Shown: positions 17,017 to 25,460, numbered from the stretch's first letter. The stretch is 64,000 nt of DNA from Chloroflexota bacterium (GCA_021802825.1 JAJZRG010000009.1:10010-74009); one strand, 5' to 3'. The notes: a model not told the origin generated them from the letters alone. Numbers and translations are program-made.

Positions 17017-18512
17017 CACCGTCGGCCCACGAACGGCCCGGCGAAGGCGTCGATGGTGCCGAGCAGCCACCCGGGCACCACGCCGATCAGGAGCACGAAG
17101 GCGCCGAGGACTCCCAGCAGCCCGGCCTCGCGCCGGCCGAGGTCGGGGAACTCGCGCCAGCGCTCGGGCAGCGCCCCCAGGAACAACCTGCCCAGCATCC
17201 GCAGGAAGAGCCCTGCGGTGATCACGATTCCCAGCAGGGCCACGGCGGCGAGCGCCGGGTAGACCGCGAGTGCCCCGACGAAGATCTGCACCTCCGCGAC
17301 GAACCCCGCGAGTCCGGGCAGGCCCAAGCTCGCGAAGGCGAGCAGGGCGGTGATCCAGGTCAGCGACCTCGCCCGCCCGAGCAGCCCCCCGTACGAGTCG
17401 AGGTCGTACGTGCCGCCGCGGGCGAGGACCGATCCGCTGACGAGGAACAGTCCCCCCGTGATCAGGCCGTGGGCGACCATCTCGACCGTCGCCCCGGTGA
17501 GGGCAAGCGCGCGGGCCGCCTCCTGGCCGGGGGCGGCGGCGCCGGCCACCGCGAGCCCGAGGATCACGTACCCCATGTGGTTGACGCTGGTGTAGGCGAT
17601 CAGCCGCTTGAGGTTGGTCTGTGCGAGCGCGACGAGCGCCCCGTACACGATCGAGATGACCGCCAGCACGGCGAGCGGCAATGACAGCTGCGCCCAGACG
17701 CCCGGGACCATGCTCATCAGGATGCGCACGAACCCGTAGGTGCCCATCTTGAGGAGGACGCCCGCGAGGATGGCAGAAGCCGGTCCTGGCGCGTCCACGT
17801 GGGCGGGCGGCAGCCATGTGTGGAACGGGACGATCGGGGTCTTGATGGCGAACCCGGCGAAGAACCCGGCGAAGACCAGTGCCGCGTAGACCCCGCCTCC
17901 GGCGAGCGGCTGCTGGCGGATGATCTCGGCCATGTCGAACGTGTGGGGGTCCGTGGCGAGATAGACGCCGAGGATGGCGAGGAGCAGGGGCAGCGAGCCT
18001 GCGAAGGTGTAGAGGAAGAACTTGAGGGCCGACCGCTGGGCGTCACCGTGGCCCCACGCGCCGATCAGGAAGTACATCGCCACCAGCGAGACGTCCCAGA
18101 AGACGAAGAACAGGAACAGGTCCAGCGCGAGGAACACCCCGACAGAGGCGCCCTCGAGGAACAGGATCAGCGCGTAGTAGGGGACCGGCCGGCCCCGCAA
18201 GTCGACGGGGTAGGCCACAGCGACTGTGAACACGAGCGCGGTCATCGCGGCGAGCGGCAGCGAGAGCCCGTCCACCCCGACTCGGTACGAGATGCCGAGC
18301 GTCGGGATCCACGGAACGGTCTCCACCTGCTGGAAGCCCGACGCGCCATCGAAGCGGAGCCAGGCCGCCGCCACCAGGACCAGCGGGACGACCGCCACGA
18401 TGGTCGCCGCAACAGCGAGCGCACGCGGACTCGCGCCGAGACCACGGCTTCTCGGGAGCAGCGCGAGCAGGGCCGCGGCAAGGATCGGGATGAAGATGGC
18501 GGCGGTGAGCAC
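17016..18512 (-). CDS. nuoM: Complex-I-like antiporter subunit, NuoM homolog
   Basis: C-terminal 498 aa of shadow-extended ORF 17016..20267. GTG 18512 (VLTAAIFIPIL) has an AGGAG SD. Motifs FFVFWDVSLVAMYFLIGAWG, KTPIVPFHTWLPPAHVDAP, YTSVNHMGY. Confidence 0.9.
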   Translation of the reverse strand: MLTAAIFIPILAAALLALLPRSRGLGASPRALAVAATIVAVVPLVLVAAAWLRFDGASGFQQVETVPWIPTLGISYRVGVDGLSLPLAAMTALVFTVAVAYPVDLRGRPVPYYALILFLEGASVGVFLALDLFLFFVFWDVSLVAMYFLIGAWGHGDAQRSALKFFLYTFAGSLPLLLAILGVYLATDPHTFDMAEIIRQQPLAGGGVYAALVFAGFFAGFAIKTPIVPFHTWLPPAHVDAPGPASAILAGVLLKMGTYGFVRILMSMVPGVWAQLSLPLAVLAVISIVYGALVALAQTNLKRLIAYTSVNHMGYVILGLAVAGAAAPGQEAARALALTGATVEMVAHGLITGGLFLVSGSVLARGGTYDLDSYGGLLGRARSLTWITALLAFASLGLPGLAGFVAEVQIFVGALAVYPALAAVALLGIVITAGLFLRMLGRLFLGALPERWREFPDLGRREAGLLGVLGAFVLLIGVVPGWLLGTIDAFAGPFVGRR

Positions 18513-18532
18513 GGGCTGGACTCCTGGGCGGT

Positions 18533-20431
18533 TTAGCGGGCCACGGCGAGGATGGCCGCGATCGCAGCCACGCCGACGGCGCCGATGACGTAGTAGTGGT
18601 GAGTGAGGCCGGTCTGGAGCCGACGGCTCTGGTGGCCGGCCATGCCGACCGCGCGCCCCGTGCCCTCGACCGAGCCGTCGACAACGGCCTCGTCCGCGCG
18701 CCGGGAGAGGCGGCCCGCCAGCATGCCGCCCGCGGCGGTCGCCATGACGAGGCGGTCGACGGACACGTCCACGCGAAGGGCCGTGACCGCGGAGGCGGCC
18801 CGCGCGATCCGCACGGCAGCCCGGACGCCCGCGTCGATGACGCGATCGTCGGCACGCGCCAAGGCGCAAGACAGGGCGAGCGTCGGCCGAACGACGAGCC
18901 GGGTCGCGAGCACCGGCAGGCCGAGCCAGTCCTCGACCATCGGCCTCGCGCGGAATGCCGCGAGCAGGCCTCGGCGCTCGAGCGCAGCAACGGTCGCCGC
19001 CCCGAGGATGAGCATCATCACCGCGGCCGCGACGCCCCACAGGGCGCCGTCGATCAGGACGCCTCCGGTCGCGGCCTCCACGATCGGCCTTGCGGGCGGC
19101 ACCCAGAGGGCGGCGAGGGCGACGCTCGCCCCCGCGAGGGCGCCGACACCGGCAAGCTCGACGCGCCCCGGCCGCCGCGCCAACTCGCCCTGGTGGCCAG
19201 GCCCATAGGCGAGGAGCAGGAAGCGGCCGGCATAGACGGCGGTGAGAAGGGCCGAGCCGAGGGCGAGCACCTCGAGTAGGGGACCGGCTGCGGCGACGAC
19301 CGAGAGGATCTCCTCCTTGCTCCACGCGGCGCCGAGCGGGGGCACGCCTGCGAGGGCGAGCGCGCCGACGGCCGCAGCGAGCGCGGGGCCCGGCAGTGCC
19401 CGGCCGAGGCGCCACCGCCGGATCTCGGACGTCCCCGCGGCGTGGATCGCGATCCCGGCGAGAAGGAAGAGCAGCGCCTTGAACGCGGCGTGGGTGACGA
19501 GCTGGGCGCCGGCCGCTGCCGTCGACCCGGCGCCGATCGCCATGAACATGAGCCCGTACTGGGCCGAGGTCGATGCGGCGAGGACGCGCTTGCCGTGCTG
19601 GTGGACCGCGGCGACGACCCCGCCGCCCAGCGCCGTCGTCAGGCCGATCGCCAGGATCGCCGGCAGGAACCAGGGCACGCCGACGAGCGACGGCGCGAGC
19701 CGGATGAGCAGGTACGCGCCGGCGGACACGAGCGTCGCGCTGTGGAGCAGGGCCGACACCGGCGTCGGGCCCGCCATGGCGGCGAACAGCCACGGGCTGA
19801 ACGGGACCTGCGCCGACTTGGCGGCAGCGGCGAGGAGCACGCCGGCCGCGATCATCTCCCTCCACGGCGACGCGGCGGCCGCCACGCCGTCGAATGCGAA
19901 CGCACCGGTCGCCGCGAAGGTCGCGCCCGCCGCGACATACAGCCCGAGGTCTCCGAGGCGCGTGGTGAGGAACGCCTGCGTGGCGCTGTCCACGTTCGTG
20001 CGGTCGCGCCAGCCGTGCCCGATCAGCGCCCAGGACGTGGCCCCGACGAGCTCCCAGCCGATGAGCAGCGAGATGAAGTCCCCGGCTGACACCAGGAGCA
20101 GCATCGCGGCGACGAACGCCACGAGCAGCGAGAGCAGCCGCGTCGGCTCGTCTTCCCCGGATGCGGCGGCGTACGCGATCACGGGCGCGGCGATGGCCGG
20201 CACGAGCACGACCATCACGCGCCCGAAACCCGCGACCGCGAGCGTGAGCCCGAAGGCCGGTCCCCACGCGATGCGCAATGTCGGCTCCGCCAGCGCCGAA
20301 GCGACGCCGAGGAGTGCGACGAGGATCAGGCCGACGACGGCCACCGGCCCGAGCGCGCGGGGACGCGAGCCGAGGCGAGCCAGCACCGCGGCGAGGAGCA
20401 GCGCGACGAGCGGCTGGGCGAGCGCGGTCAT
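18533..20431 (-). CDS. nuoL: Complex-I-like antiporter subunit, NuoL homolog with C-terminal lateral helix
   Basis: ORF 18533..20590, ATG 20431 (MTALAQPLV), ATGA overlap with the nuoK stop. Motifs IGWELVGATSWALIG and KSAQVPFSPWL. C-terminal amphipathic segment plus final TM helix (RRLQTGLTHHYYVIGAVGV). Confidence 0.9.
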   Translation of the reverse strand: MTALAQPLVALLLAAVLARLGSRPRALGPVAVVGLILVALLGVASALAEPTLRIAWGPAFGLTLAVAGFGRVMVVLVPAIAAPVIAYAAASGEDEPTRLLSLLVAFVAAMLLLVSAGDFISLLIGWELVGATSWALIGHGWRDRTNVDSATQAFLTTRLGDLGLYVAAGATFAATGAFAFDGVAAAASPWREMIAAGVLLAAAAKSAQVPFSPWLFAAMAGPTPVSALLHSATLVSAGAYLLIRLAPSLVGVPWFLPAILAIGLTTALGGGVVAAVHQHGKRVLAASTSAQYGLMFMAIGAGSTAAAGAQLVTHAAFKALLFLLAGIAIHAAGTSEIRRWRLGRALPGPALAAAVGALALAGVPPLGAAWSKEEILSVVAAAGPLLEVLALGSALLTAVYAGRFLLLAYGPGHQGELARRPGRVELAGVGALAGASVALAALWVPPARPIVEAATGGVLIDGALWGVAAAVMMLILGAATVAALERRGLLAAFRARPMVEDWLGLPVLATRLVVRPTLALSCALARADDRVIDAGVRAAVRIARAASAVTALRVDVSVDRLVMATAAGGMLAGRLSRRADEAVVDGSVEGTGRAVGMAGHQSRRLQTGLTHHYYVIGAVGVAAIAAILAVAR

Positions 20432-20733
20432 CCCTTCAGCTTCCGCAGCTTCTCGGTGATGTCCGCGCGCCTGACCCGGTAGACACCGGTGATGAGGGCG
20501 AAGCCGAGGGACATCTCGACCGCCATCACGGTCATGAACACGATGGCCAGCATCTGCCCGTCGGGGCTCCCGCCCGCAGCCCGCGCCCACATGGCGACGA
20601 GGACGAGCAGGGACCCGTTGATCATCAGCTCGATGCCCATCATCAGCATCACGAAGGACTGCTGGCTCAGCGCCCCGAAGACGCCGATGCCGAACAGCGC
20701 GGCTCCGACGACGAGGACGGCCTCAGTGGTCAC
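20428..20733 (-). CDS. nuoK: Complex-I-like subunit NuoK homolog
   Basis: GTG 20733 (VTTEAVLVVGAALFGIGVFGAL), GTGA overlap with the nuoJ stop. 101 aa, 3 TM helices. Conserved acidic residues in MGIELMING and AVEMSLG. Confidence 0.85.
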   Translation of the reverse strand: MTTEAVLVVGAALFGIGVFGALSQQSFVMLMMGIELMINGSLLVLVAMWARAAGGSPDGQMLAIVFMTVMAVEMSLGFALITGVYRVRRADITEKLRKLKG

Positions 20734-21296
20734 GCTGACGCCTCTTCGTCCGGCTGAAGCCCGGGCTCCTCGGAGCCCTCCGCGGCGTCGCCGTGCCGGC
20801 CGCGGGGCGCCGCAATCGCGATCGCCCCGACCATCGTGGCCAGGAGCGTGACGCCCGCCGTCTGGAACACCAGCATCGAGTTGCCGAGGAGCTCGCGCCC
20901 CAGCTCTGCGGTGGCCGCGGCAGGATCGGGCGCGGGTCGCGATGGCACTTCGCCCGAAAGCCCGACGCCGGCGATGGCGAGGAAGGCGATGACCCCGGCG
21001 ACGACGGCCGTGCGCGGCTGGTGGACCATCACCATCGGGTTGAGCCCGGCCGGGTTCATCATGTACATGACCATCACGATGGCCATCACGAGCATCTCGC
21101 CGGCCATCATCAGGATGAGCACCATGCCCAGGAACTCTGCCCCGAGGAGCACCATGATCCCGCCCGTGGCCGCGAAGGACGCCAGCAGGTAGAAGGCGGC
21201 GCGGACCATCGAGTCCGTCCGGAACACCCTGACGCCCGCCACGATCGCGACGAGCGAGAAGGCGGCGAAGCTGAGGTCGATCAGCGCTCCGGTCAC
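20730..21296 (-). CDS. nuoJ: Complex-I-like subunit NuoJ homolog
   Basis: GTG 21296 (VTGALIDLSF), GTGA overlap with the nuoH stop. AAFYLLASFAATGGIMVLLGAEFLGMVLILMMAGEMLVMAIVMVMYM fits the NuoJ TM pattern. Confidence 0.8.
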   Translation of the reverse strand: MTGALIDLSFAAFSLVAIVAGVRVFRTDSMVRAAFYLLASFAATGGIMVLLGAEFLGMVLILMMAGEMLVMAIVMVMYMMNPAGLNPMVMVHQPRTAVVAGVIAFLAIAGVGLSGEVPSRPAPDPAAATAELGRELLGNSMLVFQTAGVTLLATMVGAIAIAAPRGRHGDAAEGSEEPGLQPDEEASA

Positions 21297-22225
21297 AGGA
21301 GAAACGCCCCCGACACGAACACGTTGAGCAGGGCGAGGGGGACCAGCAGCACCCACGCGACGCCGACGAACCGCTCGATCCGCACCCGGGCCAGCAGGTG
21401 CTGGGCGCCGGCCATGACGGCCAGCAGCAACCCCGTCTTGAGCGCGACCCATAGCGGGCCGGGGAGGATCGGCCCAAAGTAGCCGCCGAGGAAGGCTGCG
21501 GCGCCGAGGGCGGCGACCGCCACCAGCATCGAGAGCCGCGCGACCTGCCAGAGCCATCGAGCCCAGCCCGCATCCTCCGCGGAGGTGCCTCCGGCAAGGT
21601 CATCACCGTCGGGGAGGTTGAGCGGGCCCCAGAACCCCACCGCGAGCCCCACCACGAGGTAGATCGGCAGGCCGAGCGGCTCGCGGACCACGTTCCACAG
21701 GCCGGCCTGCGCCTCGACGATTCGGACGATGGACAGCGACTGGGCCGGGAGGGCCGTCGCGAGCATCGCGAGGAGGAATGGGATCTGGAACGACAGCGCC
21801 ACGGCCCCGAACCGGTAGGCCCCGTGGAGCGGCAGGGTCGAGTTGGGCGACCAGCCGTGGAGGAACACCGCGATCATCACGAACGCCACCGCCGCCGAGT
21901 ACACGACGAAGCCGGTGTCCGGATCGGCCAGGGCGACGCCTGGACCGAGCGGCAGCAGCACCATCGCGAGCGCGGCCAGGCCCGCGAGAAGTGCGGGCGC
22001 CACGGCCCGCCCAGCCCCATCCGGGCGCTCGGTCGTAGTCGAGCCGGTGCGCGCCGCGAGCATCGCCCGGGCGACCGGCGCGGTGAGGAGCGGGAGTACC
22101 CGGATCGGGCGTCCGGCAACTACCGCCCCCGCGACACCGTCGCCGATCGCGAGCGCGAGTGCACCAACCGCGAGCAGACCGGCCACCGCGGCCGCGGCCG
22201 CGATCACCTCGAGCAGCGGGCTCAC
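21293..22225 (-). CDS. nuoH: Complex-I-like subunit NuoH homolog
   Basis: GTG 22225 (VSPLLEVIAAA), GTGA overlap with the upstream stop. 310 aa, 8 TM helices. Assigned as NuoH-like from its position between the Q-module remnant and nuoJ and from TM topology. Sequence is divergent. Confidence 0.65.
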   Translation of the reverse strand: MSPLLEVIAAAAAVAGLLAVGALALAIGDGVAGAVVAGRPIRVLPLLTAPVARAMLAARTGSTTTERPDGAGRAVAPALLAGLAALAMVLLPLGPGVALADPDTGFVVYSAAVAFVMIAVFLHGWSPNSTLPLHGAYRFGAVALSFQIPFLLAMLATALPAQSLSIVRIVEAQAGLWNVVREPLGLPIYLVVGLAVGFWGPLNLPDGDDLAGGTSAEDAGWARWLWQVARLSMLVAVAALGAAAFLGGYFGPILPGPLWVALKTGLLLAVMAGAQHLLARVRIERFVGVAWVLLVPLALLNVFVSGAFLL

Positions 22226-23508
22226 GCCGCTGTCACGCCGGCTAGCGCCGCCATCTCGTCGAGGTCGAGGTCGAGCGCCGCGATCGTCGCAAGCGCGTCC
22301 CCCCACTCGAGGCCCTCCACGAGGGCCGGGACGAACTCGAGCGCGCGCGCCGTCGGCGCGTCGCCCAAGGCGATCCGCCCTCGGGGGCTCTCGGTCGTCC
22401 CTGTGACCGTCGTCACAGCGCTGCCCGCGCGAGATGCTAGGTCGACGCTCTGCGACGCTTCGCCGAATCGCGCTCGCCAGACCGCGGCGACGCCATCTCC
22501 CACATCCGTGATCGGCGCGAAGCCGAGCGCGATATACGCGGGGTCGGCGAGCCGCTCGTCGTCGACACCGCCGCAGGCGCGCGACACCGGGCCCAGCCGG
22601 GCGTCCGCCAGCAGGGAGCGGCGGCGATCGTCGACGTTCGGCAGGGACCAGCGATAGACGCCGGTCCTCTGGACCGCGGTCGCAAAGCGGCCGACCGCCG
22701 CCGAGTCGCCGGGGGCGATCGTCCGGGCGAGCTCGAGGGCACGAAGGGAGATTGCTCGCAGGCCCTGAAGGCGGAGTGCCTCGGCGGCCCACCGGAGGTG
22801 CGCCCGGGCGCGCGCCATCTCAAGGTCCGCGATCGATTGCGGCTGCGTCAGCGCTCGCACGAACGCCGACCCCCCGGCGGCCTCTGAGGTACCCACCTCG
22901 GACCCCGTGACCCTCGCCTCAACAACGACGTCGCCGGAAACCCGCAGGTCAAGCTCGAGCCCAGCGGGGAGCGGCGCGAAGAATGGCCCGAGGCGGGTCG
23001 GCAGCACGTCGAGCCGCAGGCCGTCGCGGTCGGGCCCCAGCTCCGCCATCGGCCGCCCGTACGGGGTGCCCCCGGTCATGCCGCTGCCGCCCTGTCCGTA
23101 CGGCCCGACGCCGCGCCAGGTGGCTGGGTCCACGTCCGGCAGCAGGGCCGGCTCGGATGGCCTCCCGCCCAGAACGAGGTCGCGGAAGACAGCGCGCGTC
23201 GCGGCGACTGGGTCGGCGTCGGGGCCGATCCGCTCCGCGCCGGCCCCGGCCAGACCGTCGGGCGCCGATGCCCAGAGGACGGTCGCCCTCGGGTGGGGCA
23301 GCGCGTCGTGGACCCGAGCCGCCGCCTCGCCCAGACGCGGGCCGAGCTCACCGGCGACCAGGAGGATAGACGCCGCCCGGGGCGAGTCGACGAGCGTGAT
23401 GCCGTCGGCGAGGAGCAGGTCCTGCACCGCCCAGCGCATCCCTGCCCCCGCCAGCGCGAAGACGGGGGCATCGGCCGCTGCCGCCATCCGATGGAACACC
23501 GAGGTCAT
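22222..23508 (-). CDS. Fused NuoB-like / NuoD-like protein lacking Fe-S (N2) cysteines and quinone-site histidine
   Basis: ORF 22222..23790, ATG 23508 (MTSVFHRM), ATGA overlap with the nuoA stop. N-terminus: VFALAGAGMRW...SPRAASILLVAGE...LPHPRATVLWAS, versus NuoB FGLACCAIEM...SPRQADVMIVAG...MPEPKWVISMG. C-terminus: GPFFAPLPAGLELDLRVSGDVVVEARV, ARARAHLRWAAEAL, GPVSRACGGVDDER..DPAY, GDGVAAVWRARFGEASQS and ESPRGRI, matching NuoD blocks. Confidence 0.7.
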   Translation of the reverse strand: MTSVFHRMAAAADAPVFALAGAGMRWAVQDLLLADGITLVDSPRAASILLVAGELGPRLGEAAARVHDALPHPRATVLWASAPDGLAGAGAERIGPDADPVAATRAVFRDLVLGGRPSEPALLPDVDPATWRGVGPYGQGGSGMTGGTPYGRPMAELGPDRDGLRLDVLPTRLGPFFAPLPAGLELDLRVSGDVVVEARVTGSEVGTSEAAGGSAFVRALTQPQSIADLEMARARAHLRWAAEALRLQGLRAISLRALELARTIAPGDSAAVGRFATAVQRTGVYRWSLPNVDDRRRSLLADARLGPVSRACGGVDDERLADPAYIALGFAPITDVGDGVAAVWRARFGEASQSVDLASRAGSAVTTVTGTTESPRGRIALGDAPTARALEFVPALVEGLEWGDALATIAALDLDLDEMAALAGVTAA

Positions 23509-23861
23509 GTCCAGTCGAAGGCGCGCTCGCGCCACGCGTAGAGGACGCCCAGGAGCAGGATGGCGATGAACATGCCCATCTCGACCATCGCCACGATGCC
23601 CTCGCTGACGAACACGACGGCCCACGGGTACATGAAGACCATCTCCATGTCGAAGGCGAGGAAGAGGAGCGCCATCGGGTAGTAGCGGGCGTGGTAACGG
23701 CTCCACGCGTGGGCCGAGGGCGGGCGGCCGCCGGTGAACGGGACCCGCTCCGGCGCCGTCGCGCGAGCGTTGCGCGCCGTGCGCAGCCACGAGGCGAGCA
23801 CGGCGAGCAGGGCGGCCACCATCACCGAGAAGGCGACCGCGAGCGGGCCCAGATCCGTCAT
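23505..23861 (-). CDS. nuoA: Complex-I-like subunit NuoA homolog
   Basis: 118 aa, 3 TM helices. RYHARYYPMALLFLAFDMEMVFMYPWA matches the NuoA core (F..FD.E..F.YPWA). Confidence 0.85.
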   Translation of the reverse strand: MTDLGPLAVAFSVMVAALLAVLASWLRTARNARATAPERVPFTGGRPPSAHAWSRYHARYYPMALLFLAFDMEMVFMYPWAVVFVSEGIVAMVEMGMFIAILLLGVLYAWRERAFDWT

Positions 23862-23864
23862 GGC

Positions 23865-24023
23865 CTAGACGTAGTCGTCCGGCGACTCGCGGAAGCTGTC
23901 GGCGCAGTCCTGGCTGCAGAAGTAGTACGTGGTGCCGTTGTGCTCGATGGATGTGACCGCCTCCGACGGGCGGATCTTCATCCCGCAGACGGGGTCGGTC
24001 ACGGGCTGGTCGTTCTCAGGCAT
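23865..24023 (-). CDS. YHS-domain protein (52 aa), first gene of the complex-I-like operon
   Basis: ORF 23865..24116, ATG 24023 (MPENDQPVTDPVCGMKIRPSEAVTSIEHNGTTYYFCSQDCADSF). The stop lies 3 nt before the nuoA start. Confidence 0.8.
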   Translation of the reverse strand: MPENDQPVTDPVCGMKIRPSEAVTSIEHNGTTYYFCSQDCADSFRESPDDYV

Positions 24024-24039
24024 CGCTGTCTCCGGTGGC

Positions 24040-24059
24040 GCCCGGGCACGCGCCCGGGC
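24040..24059 (-). promoter_or_regulatory. GC hairpin in the 5' leader of the YHS/complex-I-like operon
   Basis: GCCCGGGC-ACGC-GCCCGGGC (8-bp stem, 4-nt loop), 17 nt upstream of the YHS ATG. A second small palindrome, AGGCACCGTGCCT, lies at 24073..24085. Confidence 0.3.
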
Positions 24060-24084
24060 TGGAGTCGACGTTAGGCACCGTGCC

Positions 24085-24110
24085 TGAACGCCACCTGAGC
24101 GTACGATGAG
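24085..24110 (-). promoter_or_regulatory. Phased YTCA-N7 array (x3) upstream of the YHS / complex-I-like operon
   Basis: Top-strand TGAA 24085, TGAG 24096, TGAG 24107. Lies 62-87 nt upstream of the YHS start at 24023. Confidence 0.5.
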
Positions 24111-24187
24111 CGGCAAGCCCGCGTCATCTGGCTACTCAGGCCACCTCTAGGCGACGACCGGCCGTGTGAGCTCGCCCGGCAGAAACC

Positions 24188-24928
24188 TCAGAACAGCGGT
24201 CCCGCGTGGCATGCGACGACGAACAGAAGGAATGCGGCAGCGGGCAGCCACTCATAGGGCAGGGCTGGGCGCCAGGCGTCCGCCCCCGACCGGTCGCGGC
24301 CGACCAGCCACGTGATCCGCTGATCCGCGACGCTGGCGAAAGAGGTCCCTCCGACACCGAGGCGATCCGCCTTGAGAAGGGCACGCGCGAGCGTCGACGC
24401 GCTTGACCCGGCGGCGAGGGCCGCGCGGTCTGCCTCGATCTCCAGCGCCGCGAGCCGATCCGCCACCGCGTTGCGGCCGGGCCCAACCGGCCCGAGGAGC
24501 ACGCCCCAAGCCTGCAGGGCGGCTGCCCGCAGGGGCGCCCGCGTCCTCCGATGGTGGTCCTCATGGCGTATGACTGCCCAGACCTCGTCGCCGTCGAGAT
24601 GCGTGAGGAGGGCATCGCCCACGTAGATGCGCGGCCGGAGCGCGCCAAGGACGAACGCGTGGCTCCCCCCGGCAGGCAGGACGCGTACCTGCACGCCACC
24701 AAGGTCGCTTGAGATCGCGCGTCTATCGAGTGCCCGGCCAGCCCGAGCATCGCTCAGGAGAATCCCTGTGGCTACGAAAGCCCAGACACCAAGCAGCAGC
24801 CCGCCGCCAACCTCGAGCGCCCGGACGGGGGCGCCAGAAGCATCGGGGAGGACGAACGCGCACATGGCCCACACCGCCGCGCCCAGAACCGGCAGCAGGG
24901 CGACGATATTGTGCGGACGAGGCCTCAC
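24188..24928 (-). CDS. BlaR1-like M56 membrane metalloprotease without extracellular sensor domain
   Basis: GTG 24928 overlaps the blaI-like stop (GTGA). TM helices plus IRHEDHHRR (HExxH). 246 aa, so no penicillin-binding-type sensor domain. Confidence 0.7.
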   Translation of the reverse strand: MRPRPHNIVALLPVLGAAVWAMCAFVLPDASGAPVRALEVGGGLLLGVWAFVATGILLSDARAGRALDRRAISSDLGGVQVRVLPAGGSHAFVLGALRPRIYVGDALLTHLDGDEVWAVIRHEDHHRRTRAPLRAAALQAWGVLLGPVGPGRNAVADRLAALEIEADRAALAAGSSASTLARALLKADRLGVGGTSFASVADQRITWLVGRDRSGADAWRPALPYEWLPAAAFLLFVVACHAGPLF

Positions 24929-25359
24929 GAGTCCTCGCCCTGCGCGAGACGCAGGAGTTCGGCGCGGAGCTCGGGATCGAGCGTGCTCAGCCGTTCGCCG
25001 AACTGGCGCAGGGCTGCGGCACCGTAGCGCGTGAGCACGGCGTCCACTGCCCGCCCCGCAAGGGCGTCAACCGACGAAGCCTCGTCCGCGACCGGCCAGT
25101 ATCGAAAGCCCCGCCCGGTCCGGCTGCGCTTGAGCAAGCCCCGTTCGTGGAGGCGCGACAGAATCGTCATCACCGTGGTGTAGGCAAGCTGGTGCGACTG
25201 CTGACGGTTCAGGGCGCCGGCCACCTCGGCGACGGTGGACGGACCCTGCGCCCACAGGACTCGCATGACCGCAGTTCCCAGTGGTCCGAGCATGGCCTCG
25301 ACGCCGGGCTGGCCGAGGTGCTCCTCATCCTGCTGCATCGCGCGACCATAGCACGGCAT
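24925..25359 (-). CDS. BlaI/MecI/CopY-family winged-helix repressor
   Basis: LGPLGTAVMRVLWAQGPSTVAEVAGALNRQQSHQLAYTTVMTILSRLHERGLLKR matches the BlaI N-terminal wHTH pattern. No C-terminal CxCxxxxCxC (CopY) motif. True start may be an internal ATG (25338 or 25293). Confidence 0.8.
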   Translation of the reverse strand: MPCYGRAMQQDEEHLGQPGVEAMLGPLGTAVMRVLWAQGPSTVAEVAGALNRQQSHQLAYTTVMTILSRLHERGLLKRSRTGRGFRYWPVADEASSVDALAGRAVDAVLTRYGAAALRQFGERLSTLDPELRAELLRLAQGEDS

Positions 25360-25422
25360 CTTGCCCTTGCCCGCGGTCGAGGCGGACCTCCGCCGGGACG
25401 CGGCCGCGCCATCGAGCCCATA

Positions 25423-25440
25423 TACTACTGGGGTGTCGTA
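25423..25440. promoter_or_regulatory. Candidate BlaI-type operator TACTAC-N6-GTCGTA in the blaI / ccmA divergent region
   Basis: TACTACTGGGGTGTCGTA: inverted half-sites matching 5 of 6 positions (TACTAC vs reverse complement TACGAC). It sits in an AT-richer patch 21 nt before the ccmA ATG and 64 nt before the longest blaI-like start. Confidence 0.4.
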
Positions 25441-25460
25441 ATTCGCCAGTCAAGGTCCCA

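Noticed and set aside
17016-20267. Very long track ORFs: the 1083-aa ORF 17016..20267, the 742-aa ORF 15589..17817, and 253..1194, 5374..6993, 46404..47966, 49121..50818, 51895..53967 and 54101..55213.
   Set aside because: These are typical high-GC shadow or over-extended ORFs. The extensions are Arg/Pro/Gly/Ala-rich with no motifs and overlap well-supported genes in another frame or strand. Real starts were placed at internal ATG/GTG codons that give 1-4 nt overlaps with the upstream stop.
22222-23508. The idea that the NuoB-NuoD fusion is a decayed pseudogene or an assembly artefact.
   Set aside because: The 428-codon frame is uninterrupted, keeps high third-position GC and several NuoD blocks, and is start/stop-coupled to nuoA and nuoH. 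Relaxed selection cannot be excluded without orthologs, so this remains a caveat in the finding.
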